Shown here: positions 49,492 through 59,539 of the stretch, one piece after another
Layout of the letters: the number at the start of each line of letters is the position of its first letter
Position numbering within the stretch: the stretch's first letter is position 1
Origin: Obrimoposthia wandeli
Lineage: Eukaryota
Assembly: GCA_977020255.1 (NCBI GenBank)
Contig: CDROCS010000253.1
Coordinates: 2,790,001 to 2,854,000, forward strand
DNA length: 64,000 nucleotides
Direction of reading: 5' to 3'
Position numbers and translations under genes: made by a program
The notes under the pieces: generated by a model
What the model was told of the DNA's origin: nothing
The model's database searches: none
What the model saw: only the letters and a program-made list of their open reading frames with translations

Positions 49492-52400
49492 ATGTCATTT
49501 ATTCATTTTTCATTAAAAAATAAAACAGTAACTCAGTTTTTTACTATGCTGATGATGGTGGTTGGTATTGGTGGTTTCATGCAAATGAGCAAACTGGAAG
49601 ATCCTGACTTTACCGTTAAAACAGGTCTGATTCTTACGCCTTATCCCGGGGCTTCACCTCAGGAAGTTGAAGACGAAGTAACCGATCCGCTTGAAAAAGC
49701 AATTGCTGAACTGCCTCAGGTCTATCATACCTATTCTATGTCTCGTGCCGGTTTATCGATTATCACTGTCGATATTTCCGAAGAGTATTGGGCCGATAGA
49801 ATAAGCCAAGTTTGGGATGATATTCGAAAAAAAGTTAACAACGCCCAAAGTAAAATGCCTAACGGCGTTAGAGGCTCAAAGGTGCTTGATGATTTTTCTT
49901 TTGTTTATGGCTTTGTATTATCGCTCACTGGTGACGGTTACAGTCAGAAAGAGTTGGAAGATTATGCTCATGCAGTTCGTCGGGAATTAGCGCTAGTTCA
50001 GGGCGTATCACGAGTAGAGTTATGGGGAGATCAACAAGAAGCCATTTATCTTAATGTTTCCCCTGAAAAGCTTGCCGAAATGAATATTTCCCCGATGACC
50101 TTTGCCCGCGCGGTTGGCTCACAAAATGAGGTAGTTGGTGGTGGTTCGGCAACAATACAGGGACAACGCCTGCGCATTTCACCGAGCGGAAGTTTTTCAT
50201 CCATTGATGATATAGCTGAGCTGATGATTTCACCTGGTTCGTTGGAAAGTACCGATGATCAAATGACAACTCAAGGCGAAAGGCCTAAGTCGCTATTACG
50301 GATCCGTGATGTTGCCGAAGTCGAGGAGGGGATCTTAACGCCAACAGATGCCTTGATGCGATTTAATAATGCCCCTGCGTTAGCATTGATGATAGCTAAT
50401 CAAACGGGTGCGAACGTGCTTGATACTGGCAGTAATCTCGATATAGCTTTAGCTAAACTTGAAAAACGTTTGCCCGCAGGAATAGAGCTCAATAAAATTG
50501 CTTGGCAATCTGATTTGGTCAATACCGCCACAGACAATTTTATGATCAGTCTTATGCAAGCAGTTTTCATTGTGGTTGCTGTTTTATTACTGAGCATGGG
50601 CTTGCGTATGGGGTTATTAATTGGTGCCAACCTAATGGTTGTTATCATGGGAACCTTCCTAGTGATGGCTGCTATGGGGATTGATCTGCATCGGGTATCG
50701 CTTGGTTCACTCATCATTGCTATGGGGATGATGGTCGACAATGCAATCGTTGTGGCAGAAGGCTATGTTATTCGTGTTCAGAAAGGCATGGACAAAATGA
50801 AGGCCGCGGTAGAGTCAGCTGCAAAACCTATGATCCCATTGCTTGGCGCTACAATAATCGGTTCTATGGCATTTTATCCTGTATTTTCTTCACCAACCAA
50901 TGCTGGAGAGTATGGTCGTTCTTTGTTTTTAGTCGTCGGTATTTCTCTCGTACTCAGTTGGATTATGTCTATCAGTGTGACACCACTGTGGTGTCAGCAG
51001 TTCTTAAAAGTTGAACCTCAGCCAAAGGGCGGGCTCTACCAAGGTCCTTTATATCAATTATTCCGCAAGTTATTAACCTACACAATAAAACATGCAGGGG
51101 TGTTTGTTGCTGTGATGACAATCGTACTGATCGGTTCAGGAATAACATTTCAGACTCAGGTTAAACAAATGTTTTTCCCAGAAGCACAGCGACCGCAATT
51201 GATGGTCGATTTTTGGTTCCCTATGGGCAAAGATATTGAGCAAACGGCAATCGCGTTAAAGGGGGCTGAGCAATTTTTACAGCAGCAAGCATCAGTTGAT
51301 TCTGTCAGCAGTTTTGTAGGAAGTGGTGCACCGAGGTTTTATTTACCCGTTAACCCTGAATTGCCCTATAGCAACTATGCGCAATTGATAGTGAACACTA
51401 AAACTGTTCAAGACCCCGATATGTTGGTAGCACCGTTGGAACAATATTTAGCTAAAAATTATCCTGACATAGTAACCAGAGTAAGAAAATATTCTGTTGG
51501 TCCTAGTGATACTTGGAAATTTGAATGGCGCATCACGGGTCCTGCGGATGCTGATAGAAAAACGTTACGCGATATTGCCCAACAATATATGCAGGTATTG
51601 GATAAATCACCATGGGCTAAGGAAGTTAGAACCGACATGATGTCACCTGTAAGGATGATTGAACCCCAATATGATATGGCACAAGGTCGTTGGTCTGGTC
51701 TGACGCGTGGAGACTTAGCAACAACATTGCAGTATATGACCGATGGGACAGTTGTCGGTCAATACCGCGAAGGAGACCGAAAGTATCCAATTCTGATGCG
51801 CGTAGATCAAAAAGATTATCAGCGTTATATCGAGTCCATGGATACATTAATGGTTGCAGCCAGCGATCCTATGTTGGGTACAACAACGATACCTTTAGGT
51901 CAAATTGCTCCAACTAAGAAATTTGTTTGGGAAGATCCCATTTTGGTAAGGTGGGATAGAAAGCCTGCTATTACCGTTCAGGCTACTCCGCATAATACTA
52001 CTTACCCTGATATGAAAAATAAGGTTTGGAACGAGTTGTCTCAGATCAAATTACCTCCAGGCTATAGCGTATTTTACGATGGTGAAGATTTAAGTACCAG
52101 CGATGCGCAGCAAAGCTTGATATCGGGCGGTATTGTATCAGGGATAATTGTTATTGCCCTGTTAGTCTTAATGTTTAACAGTATTCGTAAATCATTAATG
52201 CTACTCATGATAGTGCCTTTTGTTTTGATAGGTATCACATTGGGCTTACTCATTTCAGGACTGCCTTTCGGATTCATGGCGCTATTGGGGGCGATGAGCT
52301 TAATCGGAATGATGCTTAAAAATGGCATTGTACTGTTGGATGAAGTGAATCATTTACAATCTATGGGTTTTGGTCAATTTAACGCGATTGTTGATGCTAC

Positions 52401-52593
52401 CGTATCACGTATTCGACCTGTTCTGCTGGCAGCGGGAACCACAGTATTAGGTGTCATTCCTTTGTATAGCGATCCATTCTGGGCCTCAATGTCAGTCACT
52501 ATTATGGCCGGGCTGACTGTCGGTACCTTAGTGACATTATTACTACTTCCTGCATTATACGCATTGATGTACCGCATCAAAGTCCCCTCTTAA
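49492..52593 (+). CDS. RND efflux permease (AcrB/AcrD/AcrF family)
   Basis: LEDPDF, YPGASP, GMMVDNAIVV, KNGIVLLD, SRIRPVLL. Confidence 0.9.
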   Translation: MSFIHFSLKNKTVTQFFTMLMMVVGIGGFMQMSKLEDPDFTVKTGLILTPYPGASPQEVEDEVTDPLEKAIAELPQVYHTYSMSRAGLSIITVDISEEYWADRISQVWDDIRKKVNNAQSKMPNGVRGSKVLDDFSFVYGFVLSLTGDGYSQKELEDYAHAVRRELALVQGVSRVELWGDQQEAIYLNVSPEKLAEMNISPMTFARAVGSQNEVVGGGSATIQGQRLRISPSGSFSSIDDIAELMISPGSLESTDDQMTTQGERPKSLLRIRDVAEVEEGILTPTDALMRFNNAPALALMIANQTGANVLDTGSNLDIALAKLEKRLPAGIELNKIAWQSDLVNTATDNFMISLMQAVFIVVAVLLLSMGLRMGLLIGANLMVVIMGTFLVMAAMGIDLHRVSLGSLIIAMGMMVDNAIVVAEGYVIRVQKGMDKMKAAVESAAKPMIPLLGATIIGSMAFYPVFSSPTNAGEYGRSLFLVVGISLVLSWIMSISVTPLWCQQFLKVEPQPKGGLYQGPLYQLFRKLLTYTIKHAGVFVAVMTIVLIGSGITFQTQVKQMFFPEAQRPQLMVDFWFPMGKDIEQTAIALKGAEQFLQQQASVDSVSSFVGSGAPRFYLPVNPELPYSNYAQLIVNTKTVQDPDMLVAPLEQYLAKNYPDIVTRVRKYSVGPSDTWKFEWRITGPADADRKTLRDIAQQYMQVLDKSPWAKEVRTDMMSPVRMIEPQYDMAQGRWSGLTRGDLATTLQYMTDGTVVGQYREGDRKYPILMRVDQKDYQRYIESMDTLMVAASDPMLGTTTIPLGQIAPTKKFVWEDPILVRWDRKPAITVQATPHNTTYPDMKNKVWNELSQIKLPPGYSVFYDGEDLSTSDAQQSLISGGIVSGIIVIALLVLMFNSIRKSLMLLMIVPFVLIGITLGLLISGLPFGFMALLGAMSLIGMMLKNGIVLLDEVNHLQSMGFGQFNAIVDATVSRIRPVLLAAGTTVLGVIPLYSDPFWASMSVTIMAGLTVGTLVTLLLLPALYALMYRIKVPS

Positions 52594-52633
52594 ATAAACT
52601 GAAAACTGGGCAAATATTATTTTCATCTAATAG

Positions 52634-52667
52634 ACACACTAGTGACCTGTAAAGTTCACTAGTGTGT
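52634..52667. repeat. 12-bp inverted repeat with internal CACTAGTG palindromes
   Basis: ACACACTAGTGA-CCTGTAAAGT-TCACTAGTGTGT; repeated at 54339-54374. Confidence 0.8.
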
Positions 52668-52718
52668 ACCCCATAAATAAATTTACAAATCAAACAGACT
52701 TATTTGGAATAGGAAAAA

Positions 52719-53339
52719 ATGACTATTAATACTCAATTTAGAAAGTGTATCTTCTTTATTTTATTTACAATGACAGCAACTACGGTATATGCAACTAGTG
52801 AAGAAGTGTCACCTTATGTGGTGTTAGATAATATTGGAGGTCAACTTTTTTCTCGAATAGCGGCTAACCAACAAGAAATAAAAAAATTTCCACTGTACAT
52901 GAGGGTAATTGTTAAAGAAGAGTTAATGCCGTCTATCGATTATAAATATGTGGCCTACAAAATATTAGGCAAACATTTAAAGAAAACATCAAAAGAGCAA
53001 CGTGCTGAATTTGTTAAAGCGATGCGTCATTACTTGATAAGAACTTACTCTACTGCCTTGTCTAAGTATAAAAATCAACAAGTCGTTTTTGAAACGGAAA
53101 AGTCGACTAAAGGTAAAAGAATTATTGGCATTAAAACTAAAATCATTGAACAAGGATCACCAACCATTAATCTTGTTTTTAAAATGCGACAAAATAAAAG
53201 AACGAAACAATGGAAGGCGTTTGATATCACGGCAGAAGGCATTTCGTTATTAAGTGCTAAACAAGCTGAATTGAATAAAAAAATTGCTAATCAGGGTATA
53301 GATCACGTTACCTTAGAATTAGCCGCTTTAGCCAAGTAA
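52719..53339 (+). CDS. MlaC/Ttg2D-like periplasmic lipid-binding protein (stand-alone)
   Basis: Signal peptide, LIRTYSTAL, WKAFDITAEGISLL; no other mla genes nearby. Confidence 0.8.
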   Translation: MTINTQFRKCIFFILFTMTATTVYATSEEVSPYVVLDNIGGQLFSRIAANQQEIKKFPLYMRVIVKEELMPSIDYKYVAYKILGKHLKKTSKEQRAEFVKAMRHYLIRTYSTALSKYKNQQVVFETEKSTKGKRIIGIKTKIIEQGSPTINLVFKMRQNKRTKQWKAFDITAEGISLLSAKQAELNKKIANQGIDHVTLELAALAK

Positions 53340-53446
53340 TTTATCTTTACCTTTAAATTTCACATTTTCGAAAACGGAGTTAGTTTTGTTTCAATTATTC
53401 AAAGTATTAGTACTACCTTTTATTTTAATTTCACTGCTATTGGCAG

Positions 53447-53833
53447 GTGTTATTGCTAGCGAGTATTGCTATTTTTATGTGGTCAGCTAATAAAGTTGAA
53501 GAGTCCCGAACCTTGTTTGTCTTAGTTTCCGGCTTCTTTGGTTGTATGTTTTTGCGTGAACTTGATTATTATTTTGACATGATAGTGCACGGTTTTTGGT
53601 TCTACCCAACGATCGTACTCGCTAGCTTAGTGATCACTTATGCGGTAAAAAATAACGCTACTTTAGTGAGTTCCGTTCGTGAGTTTAGCAAAAGTAATGC
53701 TTATTTCAATATCTTAGTTGGCTTAGTTAGTATCATTATTTTTAGCAGGTTATTTATTTTTTCTTTTCATCAGTTTAGAGACGTACCAAACAAGCGAGAC
53801 GGTAAAATGCCAATGAAAGTTTTAACAGTATAA
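53447..53833 (+). pseudogene. Membrane-protein fragment
   Basis: Hydrophobic GFFGCMFLRELD...HGFWFYP core. An upstream RBS/TTG frame ends out of frame and the C-terminus turns hydrophilic after FSRLF. Confidence 0.45.
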
Positions 53834-53940
53834 TAGAAAAGTTTGTAGCCAAATTAACGTATTGTTTAAGTCGTTATGTAACTACTTAAACATTCTTCCC
53901 AGCGTTGTCTTATAACCGAATAAAACTTTCCGATAGCAAT

Positions 53941-54295
53941 ACATTGGCTTACTCGTTTCAGGACTGCCTTTCGGATTCATGGCGCTATTGGGGGCGATGA
54001 GCTTAATCGGAATGATGCTTAAAAATTGCATTGTACTGTGGAGGAAGTTAATCACTCACAATCTATGGATTTTGGTAAATTTAACGTAATTATTGATGCT
54101 ACCGTATCATGTATTCTACCTGTTCTGCTGGCAGCGGGAACCACAGTGTTAGGTGTAACTTCTTTGTATAGCGATTCATTTTTGGCATCAATGTCAGTCA
54201 CTATTATGACAGGGCTGAGCGTCGGTACCTTAGTAACCTTGTTACTACTTCCGGCATTATACGCATTGATGTGCCGCATCAAAATGCCGTCTTAA
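53941..54295 (+). pseudogene. Frameshifted duplicate of the 3' end of the RND permease gene
   Basis: High identity to 52237-52593, including a 71-bp exact run, with a 1-bp deletion near 54040. Confidence 0.85.
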
Positions 54296-54422
54296 ATAAA
54301 AAACCTGAAAACTGGGTAAATATTATTTTCATCTAATAGACACACTAGTGACCTGTAAAGTTCACTAGTGTGTCACCCATAAATAAACTTACAAATCAAA
54401 CATACTTATTTGGAATAGTAAA

Positions 54423-54773
54423 ATGACTATTAATACTAAATACATGAAATATATCACCTTTATTTTATTTATATTTTTAACAACGATAGTGTACGCAACT
54501 AACAAGGAAGAATTACCTTATATTGCGCGAGATAATGTTAATGTGCAGATTTTTTCTCGACTTGTTTTAAATCAACAAGAAATAAAAAAATCCCCACTGT
54601 ACATGAGGGTTCTTGTTGAAGCAGAGTTAGTATCTGCACTCGATAACAGATACGTGGCTTACAAAATGTCAAAAAAGCAAAGAAAAGAATTTGTTAATAC
54701 TATTCGTTATTATTTAATAAAAATTTATGATTTTTTACTCAAGCAGCAAAAAAATCAGTTGGTTGTCTTATAG
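54423..54773 (+). pseudogene. Truncated, diverged duplicate of the mlaC-like gene
   Basis: MTINT...LYMRV...RYYLI matches 52719 with an internal deletion and an early stop. Confidence 0.8.
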
Positions 54774-55018
54774 TAAACTGCTCTATTTAAAGCTTGTATA
54801 GTCTTTGAATAGGTAGGGGAAGTGTTCTCTATGGGGGGATAACCGCCTCATTGAGGCGTAGGGATCAGAAAGTAGGTTGGGTAGATCTAAAGTTTTAAAA
54901 TCAGTAGAAAAAAGGAGGACTAATAATTAGCCCTCAAAAATGCAAACTTTATTGAGGCTTCATTCTAATAACATCATCAAGTCGAATAATTTCGCCTTGA
55001 TAATGTTATTAGTAATGG

Positions 55019-56206
55019 TTAAAGTATTTCGATTGCAATAGCAGTCGCTTCACCGCCGCCAATACACATGGCTGCAACACCGCGTTTTTTACCTAAACGC
55101 TTAAGTGCATAGATTAAGCTAATGAGTATACGTGAACCCGATGAGCCAAGAGGGTGGCCAAGCGCACAGGCGCCACCATGAATGTTAACACGTTTAGGAT
55201 CGAGCTTAAGCTCTTGCGTTGCTAGCATAGTTACTGCCGCAAAGGCTTCATTAATTTCCCATAAATCCACATCGTTGATTGACCAATTGGCTTTATCTAA
55301 CACTTTATTGATGGCACCAAATGGTGCAATAACAAACTCATTGGTCGCTTGTGCATGAGTCGAGTGCCCTTTGATACGAGCTAATGGCGCTAAACCTTGC
55401 TCTGTTGCTTGGCTTTCGCGCATTAACACAACGGCTGATGCGCCATCTGAGATTGAACTGGCATTCGCCGCCGTCACCGTGCCGTCTTTCTTAAATGCAG
55501 GACGCAGGGTCGGAATTTTAGCAATATTGGCATTGCCTGGCTGCTCGTCGACGCTAATTACGGTTTCGCCTTTACGAGAGGTAATGGTGACAGGTGATAT
55601 TTCTGCTTCAAACCAACTTTCTTTTATAGCTTGGTTGGCACGACTTAATGATTCAATAGCAAATTCATCCATCGCCTCACGGGTTAGACCATAATCGTCG
55701 GCGCAATCTTGAGCGAAAACACCCATTAATTTACCGGTGTAGGCATCTTCGAGGCCATCGAAAAACATTGAGTCATAAACTTGACCATGCCCCATGCGCA
55801 AACCACCACGCCCTTTAGGCAATAGATAAGGCGAGGCGCTCATATTTTCCATGCCGCCGGCTACGATGATATCGCTTGTACCTGCTTTGATTTGGTCATG
55901 AGCGTCCATTACGGCTTTCATGCCAGAGCCACACATTTTATTAATAGTAACGCAACCAGCGGAAAGCGGCAGGCCAGCACCTAATGAGGCTTGACGAGCG
56001 GGTGCTTGTTTCATTGCACCGGGTAGTACACAGCCCATAATAACTTGTTCTACACTTTTCGGATCGATACCAGCGTTGGCAACCGCCGCTTTAATGGCTG
56101 TTGCGCCTAAGTCAGGTGCTGTAACTTCACTCAATGACCCCATCAAACCGCCCATTGGGGTGCGCGCGCCGCTAACGATAACGACTGAATCTTGATTAGT
56201 AGACAT
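55019..56206 (-). CDS. Acetyl-CoA C-acyltransferase (thiolase), branched-chain acyl-CoA type
   Basis: INKMCGSG, NEAF, GHPLGSSG, CIGGG. Confidence 0.9.
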   Translation of the reverse strand: MSTNQDSVVIVSGARTPMGGLMGSLSEVTAPDLGATAIKAAVANAGIDPKSVEQVIMGCVLPGAMKQAPARQASLGAGLPLSAGCVTINKMCGSGMKAVMDAHDQIKAGTSDIIVAGGMENMSASPYLLPKGRGGLRMGHGQVYDSMFFDGLEDAYTGKLMGVFAQDCADDYGLTREAMDEFAIESLSRANQAIKESWFEAEISPVTITSRKGETVISVDEQPGNANIAKIPTLRPAFKKDGTVTAANASSISDGASAVVLMRESQATEQGLAPLARIKGHSTHAQATNEFVIAPFGAINKVLDKANWSINDVDLWEINEAFAAVTMLATQELKLDPKRVNIHGGACALGHPLGSSGSRILISLIYALKRLGKKRGVAAMCIGGGEATAIAIEIL

Positions 56207-56239
56207 AATTATTTCTCTCCTTAAACTTGTTTAATAAAA

Positions 56240-57013
56240 TTAAATGTTTTTCCATTGGGGTTTACGCTTTTCTAGGAAGGCGCTAACACCTTCTTTTTGA
56301 TCTTGGGTATCAAATAAATCGGCAAAATATTCACGCTCTAATAACAGGCCTTTCTCCCATATAGAGCGTGATTCTTGAATCAGCGATTTGCATGCGGCAA
56401 CGCTCGATGGGCTTTGTTGGGCAGCTTGACTGGCTAAATCAAGTGCAGTGTTCTTGGCTTGACCTTTAGCGACAACTTCTTCAACTAGACCGATCTCTTT
56501 GGCTTTCGCTGCATTAATGCGTTCACCACATAAAATAATTCGTTTAGCCCAGCCTTCACCCGTTAGACTCAATAGACGCTGTGTGCCACCGCCACAAGGC
56601 AATAACCCAACCTTGGCTTCTGGTAGGGCGAGTAAAATTTGTTCTTCGGCGATTCGAATATCGCAAGCCAGAGCCGCTTCTAAGCCGCCACCCATGGTAT
56701 AGCCATTAAGTGCCGCTATAGTGACCCCTCTAAAGTTGCTCAATGCATCAAAAGCCTTACCGAATATGCTTGATATGTTTCGTGCTTTACCTTTGTCGCC
56801 ATCACTAAACATATTTAAGTCGGCGCCAGCACTAAAGAATTTATCGCCCTGACCTGTTAATACCAGCGCATATACATTTTTGTTATTGTTAAGTTCATCA
56901 ATCGTTTGCGTTAGTGCAGTAAGGCTTTCAGTATCCCAAGTATTTGCAGGTGGATTATTAATGGTAAGTAGCGCTGTGTGATCAATAATTTCAACGAGTA
57001 GCTTATCTGACAT
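56240..57013 (-). CDS. Enoyl-CoA hydratase (crotonase)
   Basis: FFSAGADL, MGGGLE, LPEAKVGL (both catalytic Glu), FLEKRKP. Confidence 0.9.
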   Translation of the reverse strand: MSDKLLVEIIDHTALLTINNPPANTWDTESLTALTQTIDELNNNKNVYALVLTGQGDKFFSAGADLNMFSDGDKGKARNISSIFGKAFDALSNFRGVTIAALNGYTMGGGLEAALACDIRIAEEQILLALPEAKVGLLPCGGGTQRLLSLTGEGWAKRIILCGERINAAKAKEIGLVEEVVAKGQAKNTALDLASQAAQQSPSSVAACKSLIQESRSIWEKGLLLEREYFADLFDTQDQKEGVSAFLEKRKPQWKNI

Positions 57014-57178
57014 AAAGAGATCTCTTTTGTAAAAATATATACCAATACTATAGACAGCTTTAAAGTCTATTTAAATGACAAAACACAACGATATAACTCA
57101 CTAAACATTACATATCCATGTGTGTAGATATGTAAAGTTAGCTATTGTCCCAACAGGAAGCTAACCAGACTGTTAATA

Positions 57179-57195
57179 CAAACTTTCGTTGGTTT
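57179..57195 (-). promoter_or_regulatory. Operator of the hydratase-thiolase operon
   Basis: Exact AAACCAACGAAAGTTTG on the minus strand, oriented towards the operon. Confidence 0.75.
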
Positions 57196-57259
57196 CTCTA
57201 CCATTTTTTATTCGCTAAGCTATTTATTATTGCAACAATAGTTAGTCGGAGAAAACATC

Positions 57260-57484
57260 ATGAATGCCTTCAGATTAAGTATAAAGTCGAACTCCCTTGA
57301 TAAAGTCTCTCGTGTTGATAAACGCGTTGGATTTTTGCGTATTAGAGCCGTGATCAAAACAACTATTACTTTGTTAATTGTTGTTGGTTTTATCAATACG
57401 GCAATGAATTCATCAGATATTTATTTTACACTGGCGTCTATGATATGGCTGTGGCAAGGCGCTCTAGAGAAAATAGAATTCTAG
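57260..57484 (+). CDS. Small hypothetical membrane protein
   Basis: GGAG RBS and hydrophobic C-terminal half; no family recognised. Confidence 0.35.
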   Translation: MNAFRLSIKSNSLDKVSRVDKRVGFLRIRAVIKTTITLLIVVGFINTAMNSSDIYFTLASMIWLWQGALEKIEF

Positions 57485-58181
57485 ATTTTTGATGGTGCGT
57501 TCAGAAGGGGAGTACATAGCAAGGTAAAATACTTTCCTGATATTAGACGCGCGTCGATAGCTTGGCGTTATGGCATTTTTCACGTCAATGGACAATCCAG
57601 CGTTCTTTCCTCCTCAATATCGGTTAAAAATCAGCAGATTCCCCCTTGAATTGATCATCTGTTTAAATGATCAATCATTTGTCTGAATCTTTATTCGCCA
57701 TCTCTCATAACAAAGAAAATAAAACTCTCCTTAGTTATGCTGAAAACATAAAAAATCTAGTGTAGAAGCTAAATAAAGTTCGAAACAAAAATTCCATGCA
57801 AGTCTACTTATGTCGTTGAGCATAAATGGACTTTTATGAATAAAGATAGAAACAAATTTGGCAGTATGTTTTATTTATTAACAAAGTATCAAATACATTC
57901 CAAATAAAGTTGGAACCTGACTTCTTGGTTCAATGTGCGCTAAGCGGAAGTTAGCTATCGGTTGTTCTTTAGGTCAACTGATAGCCAACTGCCGACATTA
58001 GCTTTTGAGTTAATAGCAGCAGATCAGAAATTTTAAAGCTTCCTTTTTCACTTAAAATTCACAACCATTCACAACTAAAGTTATGACTAAACTTTTATAT
58101 GGCGTTAGAACTCAAATCACCAAAGCAGACATTGAAATCATTTAAGTTTTGAATAAATATAGAGTGTTAACCCTATGACGC

Positions 58182-59235
58182 TAATGAGATGGTCCGCCTC
58201 CCCTAATCTACACTTAGGGCAGACTATTAAATGAGGATAACCATCATGTCTACTATTAACATTCTTGGAATTGATATAGGAAAATCTACCTTTCATCTCG
58301 TTGGCCATGATGCATCTGGCAGATAAGTTTTCCGTAAAAAGTTAAGCCGCACTAAGTTAATTCTGTTTTTGGCTAATACTGAACGAACAACTGTTGCTAT
58401 GGAGTCTTGTGGTGGCTCTCATTGGTTAGCAAGAAAGTGTCAAGAGTTTGGGCATAAAGCACTACTAATCCCACCACAGTATGTTAAACCTTATGTCAAA
58501 ACAAACAAAAATGATTTCATTGATGCTGATGCCATAGCCGAAGTAGCTACTCGACCTTCTATGCGCTTTGTAAGTTTTAAAACTGAATAATCTCAAGTGA
58601 TATCAGTTATTGAACGTATACGTTCAAGTTACCTAAAAGATAGAACAGCCTGCATGTCCCGTATAGGGTCAATTTTATTAGAGTTTGGTATGAGCTTTCC
58701 AAAGTCTCACGCCAAGATGAAAGCATTATTCCAATGGATAGCTGATAATGGTGAGCCAATACCACCAATGTTGCTTTTAGAATTAAGAGACCATCATGAC
58801 TATTACTTAATACTTAATCAGCTTATTTTGATTAAAGATAAAAAACTCAAAGAAATAGTCGACCATGACGAACGTGCTCAACTACTCAAAACGATCCCTG
58901 GAGTGGGAAACCTAACCGCTAGCCGTTGCTTATCAGATATTAGTAACGCCGCTGATTTCAAAAATGGAAGGCACTTAGCCGCTTGGATTGGCTTGGTTCC
59001 TCGTCAGTTTTCAACAGGAGGAAAGCCAAGGTTATTCGGTATAAGCAAACGAGGGAATAAGGGCTTACGAGAATTGTTCATTCACGGTGCTAGAGCTGTT
59101 CTTGTAAGACCAGAAAAAGCTGTCGCTATCTTCGGCAACTGGATATTAGAGTTACTCTCACGAAAACCATTTAACGTCGTAGTAGTCGCATTAGCGAACA
59201 AACTAGCACGTATCGCATGGTCGGTGCTGAGTTAA
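58182..59235 (+). mobile_element. Defective IS110-family (IS1111/IS4321-like) element
   Basis: Left end TAATGAGATGGTCCGCCTCCCC. Transposase from ATG 58246 (GIDIGK, MESCG, KNDFIDADAI, FSTGGK...ISKRG, ALANKLARIAW) has in-frame TAA at 58324 and 58588; no right end is visible. Confidence 0.85.
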
Positions 59236-59539
59236 TCGATTCACCTAAACGTATTTCATTCAAAATAGATTTTGCCAATGCGCTTGAATGCTCATAAGTA
59301 TTAGCTTCATTATTGACAGTGGTTGCTAAGCTTTTATTAACCGTGCCATCAACATAGACGTATTGACAGTGCTTAGCAATTTCATCGGTATCACTAGAAA
59401 ACAGCGATTTAACTATTTTGTTGTCAAATAAATATAAACGGCAATTTTTACTCATGCTACTGAGTTTTGATAAGAGTTGTTTAAAGTTTTTATTTTTGAA
59501 CATTTTTTTCTTATGCTCGCTTGACCAAACTACTGACAC
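59171..59539 (-). pseudogene. AT-rich gene fragment running into the IS remnant
   Basis: The open frame loses native-looking sequence where it overlaps the transposase 3' end; no family recognised. Confidence 0.35.

Noticed and set aside
57651-57674. TTGATCAT-N8-ATGATCAA as an FNR box
   Set aside because: FNR needs TTGAT-N4-ATCAA; the spacing is wrong and there is no adjacent gene.
57898-57915. TTCCAAA-TAAA-GTTGGAA as an eighth operator copy
   Set aside because: The left half deviates (CCAAA) and no intact gene lies downstream, so it was not counted.
58060-58112. GGCGTTAGAA as an integron attC right end
   Set aside because: It fails GTTRRRY, has no matching R'' box or long hairpin, and there is no integrase or cassette array.
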